Shown here one piece after another: positions 37,212-46,179 of a stretch of 64,000 nt of DNA. Made by a program: the position numbers and the translations under genes. The notes below the pieces were generated by a model. That model did no database searches. It was given only the letters and a program-made list of their open reading frames with translations, and was not told where the DNA came from. Origin of the DNA: an uncultured Methanomassiliicoccales archaeon (GTDB taxonomy: Archaea > Thermoplasmatota > Thermoplasmata > Methanomassiliicoccales > UBA472); contig CAVTBB010000003.1 of the NCBI GenBank assembly GCA_963732855.1, positions 285,790-349,789 of the forward strand, read 5' to 3'. Every line of letters begins with the position of its first letter. The stretch's first letter is position 1.

Positions 37212-38241
37212 AATCTCGGATATGTTCTCCAAGGTGGACACGAGCAAGCAGTCCTATATGAAGACCAAGAAGATCGGTGAGCACAAGAAGGAGCTCGGCC
37301 CCCGTGTCATCAGGCTGCCCGAGGGCGTAGTCCCTGACTATGTCAAGCTCACCAAGTACCAGGAGTTCTGCTGGAGAACGATGGGTAAGATCGTGCGTCT
37401 CCGGGCCAAGCCCAACCCCAAGCAGGAGTCGCTATTGTTGCAGGCGCACATGCGGATGCGGCAGGAAGAGTTCGTCGCTTTCGTTTGGATGACCACGCTG
37501 CTGGTGGCAATGATCACGGTCCTGATCAGCGTGTTCTTTGGCGCCATATTCTTGGCGGTGCTGAACATCAACCCGGCGCTGACCGTTCTCTTCTCCGTGA
37601 TGGTCGTTCTGGTCCCGACGATGATGACCTATGTGGTCATGAATTCGATGCCTGGCTCGAAGACGAAAACAAGAAAACGAGATATCGATAAGCGCATCGG
37701 TCCAGCTATGTCTTTCATTTCTGCGATGGCATCGGCAGACGTCAACATCGATGTCATTTTCAAAGAGCTCTCCCGCCAGCCGATCTATGGCGAGATACAG
37801 AAGGAGTCGGAATGGATCACCAGGGATACCGAGTTGCTCGGCATCGATATCCTTACCGCGATCGGCAAGGCCGCACAAAGGACACCCTCACAACGCTTCC
37901 AGGAATTCCTGCAAGGTGTCGTGACCACATCCACTTCCGGCGGTCAACTGAAACCATACTTCCTGCAGAAGGCAGAGCAGTTCGAGAAGGAGCACAAGCT
38001 GGAGATCAGGGCGCAACTGGAGAGCCTCGGTCTGATGGCCGAATCGTTCGTCACGGTGGTCGTGGCGTTCCCCCTGTTCCTTATCGTTATCATGGCCATT
38101 ATGGCCATCGTGCCAGGTGGTGGTGGCAGCGCCGGGACCACGATAACCCTGCTCTACTTGGTGGTAGGACTGATGGTCCCATTTTCCCAGTTCGGCTTCA
38201 TCTTCTTCATCTGGAACAGTACGAAGGAGTCGACGATGTGA
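37201..38241 (+). CDS. FlaJ/TadB-like platform membrane protein, first half-gene (single T2SS-F domain)
   Basis: 346 aa. A cytoplasmic helical domain (GPAMSFISAMASADVNIDVIFKELS...GIDILTAIGKAAQRT) is flanked by TM segments. Confidence 0.75.
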   Translation: MSPEISDMFSKVDTSKQSYMKTKKIGEHKKELGPRVIRLPEGVVPDYVKLTKYQEFCWRTMGKIVRLRAKPNPKQESLLLQAHMRMRQEEFVAFVWMTTLLVAMITVLISVFFGAIFLAVLNINPALTVLFSVMVVLVPTMMTYVVMNSMPGSKTKTRKRDIDKRIGPAMSFISAMASADVNIDVIFKELSRQPIYGEIQKESEWITRDTELLGIDILTAIGKAAQRTPSQRFQEFLQGVVTTSTSGGQLKPYFLQKAEQFEKEHKLEIRAQLESLGLMAESFVTVVVAFPLFLIVIMAIMAIVPGGGGSAGTTITLLYLVVGLMVPFSQFGFIFFIWNSTKESTM

Positions 38242-38250
38242 GGTGCTCAA

Positions 38251-39168
38251 ATGGCCACTGACAAGAACCCGGAAATAATGGACCTTAAGCAACTCAGATC
38301 CGAAAAGCATGACTACACCAAAACTGCCTTAATCGTCGGCGTGGTAATCGGCGTTATCTTCTTCCTCATTGGATTCCTAGACGCCATCGGCGGCCTGGAG
38401 ACGCCGCTGAACTGGATCGACTACGTTGCGCTGGGATTGATGGGCATGTCGGGACCGTACGGGTTCTACACCACATACAAGCACAAGAGGGTCAAGAACA
38501 TCGAGGCCCGCCTTCCTGATTTCCTCAGGGACGTGGCCGAAGCGGGCCGGTTCGGAATGACCTTGGCCGAGTCCATCAAGGTCTCGTCCCGTGGGAGATA
38601 TGGGCCGCTGACGCCCGAGATCCAACGCATGGCAGCGCAGATCGAGTGGGGCGTACCTGCGGCCGAGGCGCTGAAGCTATTCGCCGAGCGTGTCGACACC
38701 CCGCTGGTCAACCGGATGATATCGATCATCATCAAGGCCAACGATGCCGGCGGTAACGTCGCGGACGTGCTCAGCATGGTTGCCCACGATGCCCGCGAGA
38801 GCATGCTCGACCAGAGCGAGCGCAGCCTGGAAATGTCTACCTACACCGTCGTCATCTATGTTGCATTCGCGGTGTTCCTGGCCACGATCTTCATCCTTAA
38901 CGCGACCTTCCTGCCGAAGATGGCGGAAGCTGGAGCGCAGGTGGCCGCGGGCGCCGAAGCGGCCGGCATAACCAACATGCCAGCCACCATCAAGACCGAG
39001 ATCATACCGCAGATACAGCTCATATTCGTAATATCTGTCGTTATCCACGCCTTTGGTGACGGGATACTCGCGGGGGTGTTGCAAGACGGCCGCATCGCCA
39101 ATGGTCTGAGGCATTCGTTCATTATGCTCCTGATTGGGCTGATCGGGACAAAACTTGGAGGGGCCTGA
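38251..39168 (+). CDS. FlaJ/TadC-like platform membrane protein, second half-gene (single T2SS-F domain)
   Basis: 305 aa with LPDFLRDVAEAGRFGMTLAESIKVSS...WGVPAAEALKLFAERV...ANDAGGNVADVLSMVA, flanked by TM segments. Confidence 0.75.
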   Translation: MATDKNPEIMDLKQLRSEKHDYTKTALIVGVVIGVIFFLIGFLDAIGGLETPLNWIDYVALGLMGMSGPYGFYTTYKHKRVKNIEARLPDFLRDVAEAGRFGMTLAESIKVSSRGRYGPLTPEIQRMAAQIEWGVPAAEALKLFAERVDTPLVNRMISIIIKANDAGGNVADVLSMVAHDARESMLDQSERSLEMSTYTVVIYVAFAVFLATIFILNATFLPKMAEAGAQVAAGAEAAGITNMPATIKTEIIPQIQLIFVISVVIHAFGDGILAGVLQDGRIANGLRHSFIMLLIGLIGTKLGGA

Positions 39169-40894
39169 ATTGGAAGCCGGCAAAGAACCAAAGGACGAGA
39201 TCGAGGAAGTCCTCAAGAGGAACCGCGAGCCTCGCGTCAAGCTGACTGCCATGCAGGGGTTTAACAGCAAGTACCTCGGATTCCTGCTGAAGGTCAAGAG
39301 CCGACCCATTAAGGTCCTGCAGCGATCTGAGGCGAGGCCGATGGAGCTCGATACCGGCGTCATAACCGATGTGCCGAAGATAGCGGAGCAGTATGTGGAC
39401 GAGGTCGAAGTGACCCCTGTCCTGAAACCCTATTCATTCGTCCGCATCAAGTTCGACAACACCTCTTCCGAGTATATCTATGAGGTCATCGAACCGCGTC
39501 TGTCCGATGACGAGATGTACCTGCTGGACATACTGAAGTCATCCCTCATCGTCACGCTCAACCTGACCGTCAGGAAGTCCCCCAAGGAGAAGATGGAGAT
39601 CCTGCGCAAGGCAACGGACGAGCTGCTGCGGGTGTTCGAGGTCAACCCTAACCCATTGTCGAAAGAACGTATCCTCTACTACCTGCGCCGGGACTTCATA
39701 GGCTATGGGGCGATCGACGTCATGATGATCGACCCGAATGTCGAGGATTGTTCCTGCGACGGAGTCAACATCCCGCTCTATATATTCCACCGCAAGTACG
39801 GTTCCATCAAGTCTAACGTCAAGTTTGAGAAGGAGGATGAACTGGACTCGTTCGTGGTGTGGTTATCGCAGAAGTGCGGAAAGCACATCTCGGTGGCCAG
39901 TCCAATGCTGGACGCAACGATCCCGGACGGCTCCAGGCTGAATGCGACGCTCGGTATGCACGTCACCAAGAGAGGCTCGTCGTTCACCATCAGACGGTTC
40001 AAGGAAAACCCGTTCACGCCCATCGACCTGCTCAAGTTCAAGACCATGAGCACGGAGATGATGGCCTACCTATGGATATCCACCGAGTTCGGCTCGTCGA
40101 TGCTGGTATGCGGTGGTACCGCTTCCGGAAAGACGACCACGCTGAACGCCGTGCTGCTGTTCATCCCGCCCCAGAAGAAGATCATCAGTATCGAGGACAC
40201 CAGGGAGCTGAACCTCCCACACGAGAACTGGATCCCCGGCCTGACCCGGGAGGGATTCGGCGGCAAGAAGGCGGGCAGCACCGGTTCGGTCGACATGTTC
40301 GACCTTCTGACCGCGGCTTTGAGGCAACGTCCCGATTACCTGATGGTCGGTGAGGTCAGAGGCAAGGAGGCGTATGTCGTCTTCCAGGCCATGGCCACCG
40401 GAAAGACCTCCTATTCCACTTTCCACGCAGAGGATGTCCAGGCGATGGTGCACAGGATGGAGAACGACCCGATCAACCTGCCCCGGGCTCTGATGACCGC
40501 ATTGGACATCGTCATGCTCCAGGCCCAGGTCAAGGTCGGCACCAAGATGACCAGGAGGGTCAAGTCGCTTACTGAGATCGTGGGCATGGACCCGGAGACC
40601 GGGGAGCTGATCACCAACGCGGTTTTCAGCTGGAACCCGGCGGACGACTCCTTCAACTATTCCGGTCATTCGTACATCTTCGAGAAGGTCAGGACCATTA
40701 AGTCCTGGTCGCCGAGGGAGATGGAACGCGAAGTGAAACGCCGGGTCGAGATCTTAGAGTACATGAAGAAGACCGGCGTGGACAATTACAAGCAGGTCGC
40801 GAGGATCATCTCAGCCTATTACAAGAGCCCGGAGCGCGCCATGTTGGAGATCCGGGAGAAGATGACGTCCACGCAACCAGTCCTTCCCCAGTGA
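39155..40894 (+). CDS. FlaI/ArlI/TadA-family type IV filament assembly ATPase, copy 2
   Basis: 579 aa. Walker A GGTASGKTTTLNAV, plus LMVGEVRGKE. The N-terminal domain is collinear with copy 1 (YIYEVIEPRLSDDEMYLL). The start is a TTG at 39155 or 39170 and is uncertain. Confidence 0.85.
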   Translation: MEGPELEAGKEPKDEIEEVLKRNREPRVKLTAMQGFNSKYLGFLLKVKSRPIKVLQRSEARPMELDTGVITDVPKIAEQYVDEVEVTPVLKPYSFVRIKFDNTSSEYIYEVIEPRLSDDEMYLLDILKSSLIVTLNLTVRKSPKEKMEILRKATDELLRVFEVNPNPLSKERILYYLRRDFIGYGAIDVMMIDPNVEDCSCDGVNIPLYIFHRKYGSIKSNVKFEKEDELDSFVVWLSQKCGKHISVASPMLDATIPDGSRLNATLGMHVTKRGSSFTIRRFKENPFTPIDLLKFKTMSTEMMAYLWISTEFGSSMLVCGGTASGKTTTLNAVLLFIPPQKKIISIEDTRELNLPHENWIPGLTREGFGGKKAGSTGSVDMFDLLTAALRQRPDYLMVGEVRGKEAYVVFQAMATGKTSYSTFHAEDVQAMVHRMENDPINLPRALMTALDIVMLQAQVKVGTKMTRRVKSLTEIVGMDPETGELITNAVFSWNPADDSFNYSGHSYIFEKVRTIKSWSPREMEREVKRRVEILEYMKKTGVDNYKQVARIISAYYKSPERAMLEIREKMTSTQPVLPQ

Positions 40895-40917
40895 CCAATG
40901 GTCCTGGGTTCGGTCTA

Positions 40918-40923
40918 TTTTTT
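40918..40923 (+). terminator. oligo-T tract after ATPase copy 2
   Basis: A T6 run in GGTCTATTTTTTCTG lies 24 nt after the stop. Archaeal terminators are typically oligo-T. Confidence 0.35.
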
Positions 40924-41243
40924 CTGACTCTCTTGACTTAATCAGGTAAAAGGGATTTCATTTGAGATGGTTGGGAAGGTCCATCGCCCCTCCAAACGAT
41001 GCTTGAATGGTTACGATTAACCGTTCTATGTTGGGAACCCGATACTAAGGCAACTTACATTGGATCGATCCATAAATCTTTGAAGATTATCCTGCCCATC
41101 CGATCATATCAGAATCGTTTTTCACAAGCACAAAACAGAGGGAGGCCGATTTTGCCCCTCATCCGAACAGCCGGTGCTGTCACTGCCTGTAGTTTTTTAG
41201 AGAAAATGGGGAATGGGTTTATGGAAAGAGTTTAGGGCGAGGC

Positions 41244-44192
41244 TCACTCCTTCTTCGGTTCCTCTGGTGGGGCTTGTTCCACGAATTGCTCAGCCGGTTC
41301 CTGTGCGACCTTCTTCGAGACCACCTTGCGATCTGACGACCGCTTGACGATCTTGCGGAAGGGCTTCTGTTCCCCAGCATCTCCGGCCGGGGTCATGTCT
41401 GAGACCTTGTCGAACACGGTGCCGCACTTGGAGCAGATGGTAGCCCCTTTCGGGTTCAGGGTGCCGCATGACGGGCATGTCATGGAACCGACCTTGCGGT
41501 CCGCCTCCTGCTTGGCCACCCAAACCTCGAAGGGCATATAGGCCGGCTCGGTCTTGAGCCAATCCATGAACTTTTCCTCGGAGTACTTCTTGCCCAGGGC
41601 GGCCTTGGCCTGCTCCCGGAACCCGTTGACGTACTCCTCGTACTGCCTCCTCATGGACGCCATGTAATCGTCCTCGGATATCTCTTCCACTGGCTCGGTC
41701 ATGAACTTCGCGCCGCACTCGGGGCATTCCTTCGACTTCGCGGGTATCCAGGTGCCGCACTCGGAACACTTTGCGGTGTCCGTCTCGAACTCGGTGGCGC
41801 ACCTTGGGCAGCGCTTCGAGCTCTCCGGGATCAACGCACCGCATTCGCCGCACTCCACCATCTTTCCCAGCCCATACTTGTACAGGTATACCGAGAAGAT
41901 TATGATGACCGCGATTACGATGACCGCTATGAGGATGAAGATCCAGAACGGTATCGACTGGGGCTTGAATATCTCCACGATGTTGATCGGGAGCGCGGAC
42001 GAGTAGACCGCACCGGTGTTCAACGTCACGCTCACCGAGTGAGAACCGGCCCGGTCCGTGGGCACAAAGACATAGCCGCTATAAGCTCCATTGCTGTCGG
42101 TCTTGGTCGGAACTGGCTGTCCGACGGGCAACCCGCCCGCATCCAGCAGCCTGATGGTTATCGACTGGTTGGCCAGAGCGTAGTTACCATCGGCGTTCGT
42201 GATCTCTCCGTAGACGTATATCGACTCACCGGGCTGGAATTCCGTCCTGCCGCCCGCGCTGATCACTATCAGCGGGTTCGGCACATTGACGGTGAAGTTC
42301 CGGGCGTCGATGTTGTTGGTGTAGTTCGACTCCTCTATCACATGCATGGAGTTGACTTCCACAACCAATGAGTAGACGCCGGCGGTGACGTTCACGACCC
42401 ACGGGAACGATACCTGCACTGAACCTCCGCCCATCAGGTCCTTGGTCGTGGTCATCAGCAGGGTTTTGAAGTTGTCGCTGTCCTTGACGTAGATGTTCAG
42501 GATGGCCCCGTTCGCGGGCTTCATGCCCTGGTTGGCCATAGTGAACGTTATATCGATCGACTGGCCAAGAACGGCGGAGGAAGTGGAGTTGGTGCTGCCA
42601 GATGGCTTCACCGATACACCCGTCGGGTACCATATGTCCGCCCGGTTGTCGATCACGAGAACCGAGTTGGCAATTATGTTGTTACCATAATACGTCTCCT
42701 TGATCGGAGTGTCGTTGCCCTGGGTGAAGGGGTTTACCTCCACCGTGATCATGCGGCTCTGGTTATGCAAGGAATCCTGAAGGACGTTGGCGATCCAGGA
42801 TGTCCGTATATCGGCGGTGACGCCGGATTCTAAGCTTGGCACGAACACATTACCGATCACGATGCCGGTGCTCGTCGTTCCAAGCCAGAACCGTACCATG
42901 AAGTTGGTGGCCTTTGACTCGCCGGCGTTCATCACGGTCGCCGTCAAGGTGACGGACTCACCTATGAACACCTGTGTTACCACAGATCCGGAGCTGGTCA
43001 GTTTGAACTGCAGGTTCGTCGCCACCAGGTCTGGATAGTCCAGAACGTGGACGACCTTGCCAGCCTGGTTGTTCCCTTTGTATGCTTCCAAGAAGGCGTT
43101 CTCCTCATCGATCACCACGGTGATGTTGTGATCGCCTGGCAACATGTTGTTCCAGGTCATGATGGCCACACCGGTCTGTCCGCTGCGGATCGCCGGCAGG
43201 GTGAAGTTGCCTATCAGGGTCCTGACGTTCTTGAACACGTCATAGAAGCTGACCACAGCGGACTGGTCCATGTTGTCCCCGCCATTCATGATGTCAGCGC
43301 GGATAGACACGGTTGAATTGGCCACTGGTGAGGTTGGATCTACAATTATATGATTAGAAGTAATGATCAGATCCGGTACCCCTAGGACCGTTACCGTTGT
43401 CTGGTTCCAGTTGTTGCCGAGGTGCAGCTCCGAGATGGCTTCGAGCGGGTTCACCGTCACATTGAGCACATGATCGCCCACTGGATAAGATGCCGTCCAC
43501 TGGACCTTGATGTTCGAATAATCACCTGGTGCGATTGAGGCAATTGTTCGGTCCTCGATTATCGTGCCGGTGGTCAGGTCACTGAAGCGGACAAGTGTAT
43601 CATAGGCTGTGGCGACACCCGAGTTCGTCACGTTCACTGTGAGATCCACCAGATCGCCCACAGAGGGGTTGAGGTTGGAAACCAAGAATGGTGGGTACAG
43701 TTCTGGTAGTGCGTATAATGCCTGGAACGTGACATTGCTGGTATAAGAATTCGCGACCGTGTTTGGGTAATGCAGGAAGAGGGTCGATATTCCAGCGCTA
43801 TTGTTTAGTACGTTCAACCCTCCCGAATTAAGGTACACGAATACCAGGTTGTAGTCGAATGCCTTGCCATTCCAGACATTGGAGCTGTTGAGCACATCGC
43901 TCAGGAGCGGTATCTTGACGAAACCATCCATTCCGGTCCAGTTGAAGTTGGTCTCGGTCTTCCCTAGGTAGTTCAGGATTGCCTGTGATGGGGCGGAAGC
44001 TACTCCCGACTGGCCGAGGTAGTACGCTGTTATGTCGGTGCCATTGATGTAGGATGTTATTCCGACGTTTCCGACCGGCAGCATTTTGTTATCCGTGACA
44101 TTAAGGCCCATCCAGCGGTAAATGGCGACTGTAGGCTCGGATACAATGTTTAACCAAATAGCATCAAAATATACGATTCCGGCTGATGCCAA
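41244..44192 (-). CDS. C-terminal ~1000 aa of a giant surface protein: CARDB-like repeats, one TM helix and a cytoplasmic tail with zinc ribbons
   Basis: Repeated units end ...GNN.. (HLGNNWNQT, YKGNNQAG, YYGNNIIAN, NYTNNIDAR), as in CARDB domains. The TM helix is IPFWIFILIAVIVIAVIIIFSVYLY. The tail carries CGECG..CPRC, CSECG..CPECG and CPSCG..CSKCG. There is no ATG start and no signal peptide. The frame stays open up to 44324. Confidence 0.75.
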   Translation of the reverse strand: MASAGIVYFDAIWLNIVSEPTVAIYRWMGLNVTDNKMLPVGNVGITSYINGTDITAYYLGQSGVASAPSQAILNYLGKTETNFNWTGMDGFVKIPLLSDVLNSSNVWNGKAFDYNLVFVYLNSGGLNVLNNSAGISTLFLHYPNTVANSYTSNVTFQALYALPELYPPFLVSNLNPSVGDLVDLTVNVTNSGVATAYDTLVRFSDLTTGTIIEDRTIASIAPGDYSNIKVQWTASYPVGDHVLNVTVNPLEAISELHLGNNWNQTTVTVLGVPDLIITSNHIIVDPTSPVANSTVSIRADIMNGGDNMDQSAVVSFYDVFKNVRTLIGNFTLPAIRSGQTGVAIMTWNNMLPGDHNITVVIDEENAFLEAYKGNNQAGKVVHVLDYPDLVATNLQFKLTSSGSVVTQVFIGESVTLTATVMNAGESKATNFMVRFWLGTTSTGIVIGNVFVPSLESGVTADIRTSWIANVLQDSLHNQSRMITVEVNPFTQGNDTPIKETYYGNNIIANSVLVIDNRADIWYPTGVSVKPSGSTNSTSSAVLGQSIDITFTMANQGMKPANGAILNIYVKDSDNFKTLLMTTTKDLMGGGSVQVSFPWVVNVTAGVYSLVVEVNSMHVIEESNYTNNIDARNFTVNVPNPLIVISAGGRTEFQPGESIYVYGEITNADGNYALANQSITIRLLDAGGLPVGQPVPTKTDSNGAYSGYVFVPTDRAGSHSVSVTLNTGAVYSSALPINIVEIFKPQSIPFWIFILIAVIVIAVIIIFSVYLYKYGLGKMVECGECGALIPESSKRCPRCATEFETDTAKCSECGTWIPAKSKECPECGAKFMTEPVEEISEDDYMASMRRQYEEYVNGFREQAKAALGKKYSEEKFMDWLKTEPAYMPFEVWVAKQEADRKVGSMTCPSCGTLNPKGATICSKCGTVFDKVSDMTPAGDAGEQKPFRKIVKRSSDRKVVSKKVAQEPAEQFVEQAPPEEPKKE

Positions 44193-44330
44193 GTTGCTAT
44201 ATCGAATTCTCAGATTCGCAAGCTCCGCGAATGTGTGCTTACCAGGTATTGAGAATGAGGTTGTTAAATCTCCACCGAGATCTGATCGACGATCAAGGTA
44301 TTTGTGTTTGTGTATGTGACACCATCAAAG

Positions 44331-45983
44331 CTATAGGCAACATAACCACCGTTTGTATACCGCAACGGAAGTCCTGTACCTCAAGTTAATTGAAGCATTC
44401 ACGATCAGACCGTTCAAATCGCCGACATTGAAGTGACTGACTTGCATTATTTGGCCTGTACCAGTCTGATAATATACAGTGTCAATTGTCTGAAGGTAGC
44501 TAAGTGTGTTGCCCGTCGTAGTGTCCGAAGGTCCGGTCGTATCCGGCTTAATTATCACTTGATGATTCTTGGTCTGGAACACGTTGGTGCCATTATAACT
44601 GCCAGCGCTGTCCACAACAGTGACCCCATAGAGGTTCGCGATCGATTGATCGAGCGCCACCAGCTTGTGGTATGCACCATTAGTCGCGTTCGTCCCCGCG
44701 TTCTCGTCAATATTGTTCAGTGGAATGAACGAGTCGGCAGCGATGAGGTTCGTCGACCCACCAAGGGTGATATTACGATATGTAGACAGCTTCATGTCTA
44801 TCGTGACCCAGATCCTGTCGATATAGACATTGCCGGCCTTAGAATTGGTGTAGTTCAGTGCCAGTTTGCTCAGGCTCTGTGCCGACATGTTCGGCAATAC
44901 GAAGTTCTTTGTGGTGTTGATGTTCGTCAATGAAGGATCGTAGCCCTGGTAGGTCGGAGTGGTCGTTAGAGTTGTTGCTGTTGCACTGCCAAACTGTGGA
45001 GTGTAATAAAATGAGTCGTGCGTTCCTGCGATTGGGGCATTGGTGCTTGTCTTATAACTCAAATGCAGAACGATACTAACGATATCGGCCGCCTCGAAGA
45101 CCAGACCACCCATGTCAAAACCGGTTGTATAGAGTTTCTGGGTCGTAGCAACCGTCACGTTCTTGGTGTCGTTCATGGTCATCGACAGCGGAATGCCGGT
45201 GGCCGTGGTCCCGACGCCGAACACTTCATTGACGTCCCGTTCTAGGAAGTAGTCGACGAACTGCCGGCTGCTCGTATCCCTTGCGAACTGGTAGTTGTTG
45301 TTGAAGGGAGGTGTGAGGACCGTGTTGTACGACCCGTTGTCATACATATCTTTTATCTGCGAGCCGATCATCGTCACATCACTGGAAATGAACATCATGA
45401 CCGGAGAGCTGCTGAAGACTTCGGAAGGGAAGGAGAGCGAAGTGTATGACGGTGTCACTCCCGAGATGGTCGAATTGATCAGTGTGAACCTGGCATCATC
45501 GACTAGAAGGTGCCCGGAGAATGAGATGATGGACGACCTTGACTCAAAGTAGCCGCCATGCCTGACGACAACTCCAAGGGCTGGTATGGGATTGCGCGAA
45601 TCAACAACCGTCTTCATAGTGGAGTTATCAAGGATCAGCATGCCGCCGTCCTCGACGGTGATGGAAAGTGCCTTTACACCCGCGCCTGTCGGTGTGGATC
45701 CCGAATAGGAAGAACGGAAGAGCACGGTCGAATTCATGATCTCGACAATTCCGCCTGCTCTGATCGTCAGGTTGCCGTCGAACGTGACCGTCCCTTGGTT
45801 ATACAGTAATAGGTTATTGGAATAGCCAGTACCGACGATCATATCCTTCACTGGAATTTCACCCTGAGCAGTAACTCCCACCTCAGGGATTGCTATCAGA
45901 AGAATGCCCAAAAAGGACGAAATCACCATGCACCAAACAATTGCAAAGCTAACAAGCTTGTTGAATCCAGCACCCAGCCTCAT
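44331..45983 (-). CDS. N-terminal ~550 aa of the same surface protein (signal/anchor plus beta-rich domain)
   Basis: The N-terminal hydrophobic segment is LVSFAIVWCMVISSFLGILLIAIPEV. The rest is Thr/Asn/Ser-rich. The motif LSKLALNYTNSKAGNVYIDRIWVTI recurs downstream as FAELANLRIRYSNLASAGIVYFDAIWLNI. Confidence 0.7.
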   Translation of the reverse strand: MRLGAGFNKLVSFAIVWCMVISSFLGILLIAIPEVGVTAQGEIPVKDMIVGTGYSNNLLLYNQGTVTFDGNLTIRAGGIVEIMNSTVLFRSSYSGSTPTGAGVKALSITVEDGGMLILDNSTMKTVVDSRNPIPALGVVVRHGGYFESRSSIISFSGHLLVDDARFTLINSTISGVTPSYTSLSFPSEVFSSSPVMMFISSDVTMIGSQIKDMYDNGSYNTVLTPPFNNNYQFARDTSSRQFVDYFLERDVNEVFGVGTTATGIPLSMTMNDTKNVTVATTQKLYTTGFDMGGLVFEAADIVSIVLHLSYKTSTNAPIAGTHDSFYYTPQFGSATATTLTTTPTYQGYDPSLTNINTTKNFVLPNMSAQSLSKLALNYTNSKAGNVYIDRIWVTIDMKLSTYRNITLGGSTNLIAADSFIPLNNIDENAGTNATNGAYHKLVALDQSIANLYGVTVVDSAGSYNGTNVFQTKNHQVIIKPDTTGPSDTTTGNTLSYLQTIDTVYYQTGTGQIMQVSHFNVGDLNGLIVNASINLRYRTSVAVYKRWLCCL

Positions 45984-46179
45984 TATTCCACCCGATAGAT
46001 AACCATTATAATACCTGAAAATAACGTTTGACTCTATAAAAAGATGGGTGATATTCGCAAGCTTCGAAGATATGGTGGCTCATTTTGACGAAAGAAACCA
46101 CTTATGGGGGAATGTGCGATAAGCTATTATCAGATTCAGAAAATTGAAGGATAAAGATAAGGATAGGAGGGTGCAGCCC

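Noticed and set aside
36177-37247. Large antisense ORFs. Examples: 36177..37247(-) 356 aa, 26176..27048(+) 290 aa, 56625..57437(-) 270 aa, 46190..46996(+) 268 aa, 49881..50423(+), 8240..8887(-) and 33654..34304(+)
   Set aside because: They lie opposite genes with strong family motifs and have Arg/Gly/Asp/His/Pro-biased, low-complexity translations. Such shadow ORFs are expected in GC-rich DNA. One of them runs through a tRNA gene.
34503-40894. Interpreting the FlaI/FlaJ-like locus as an archaellum (motility) operon
   Set aside because: There are no archaellin genes and no FlaC/D/E, FlaF/G or FlaX. The KaiC-like (FlaH-sized) gene is 6.5 kb away on the other strand. The single pilin-like gene is 323 aa and not archaellin-like. 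A pilus/Tad-like filament is the safer call.
44192-44324. The TTG at 44192 as the true start of an independent 982-aa gene
   Set aside because: The frame is open upstream to 44324 with conserved-looking sequence. There is no ATG and no signal peptide for a protein with extracellular repeats. It is best explained as the continuation of the 550-aa ORF.
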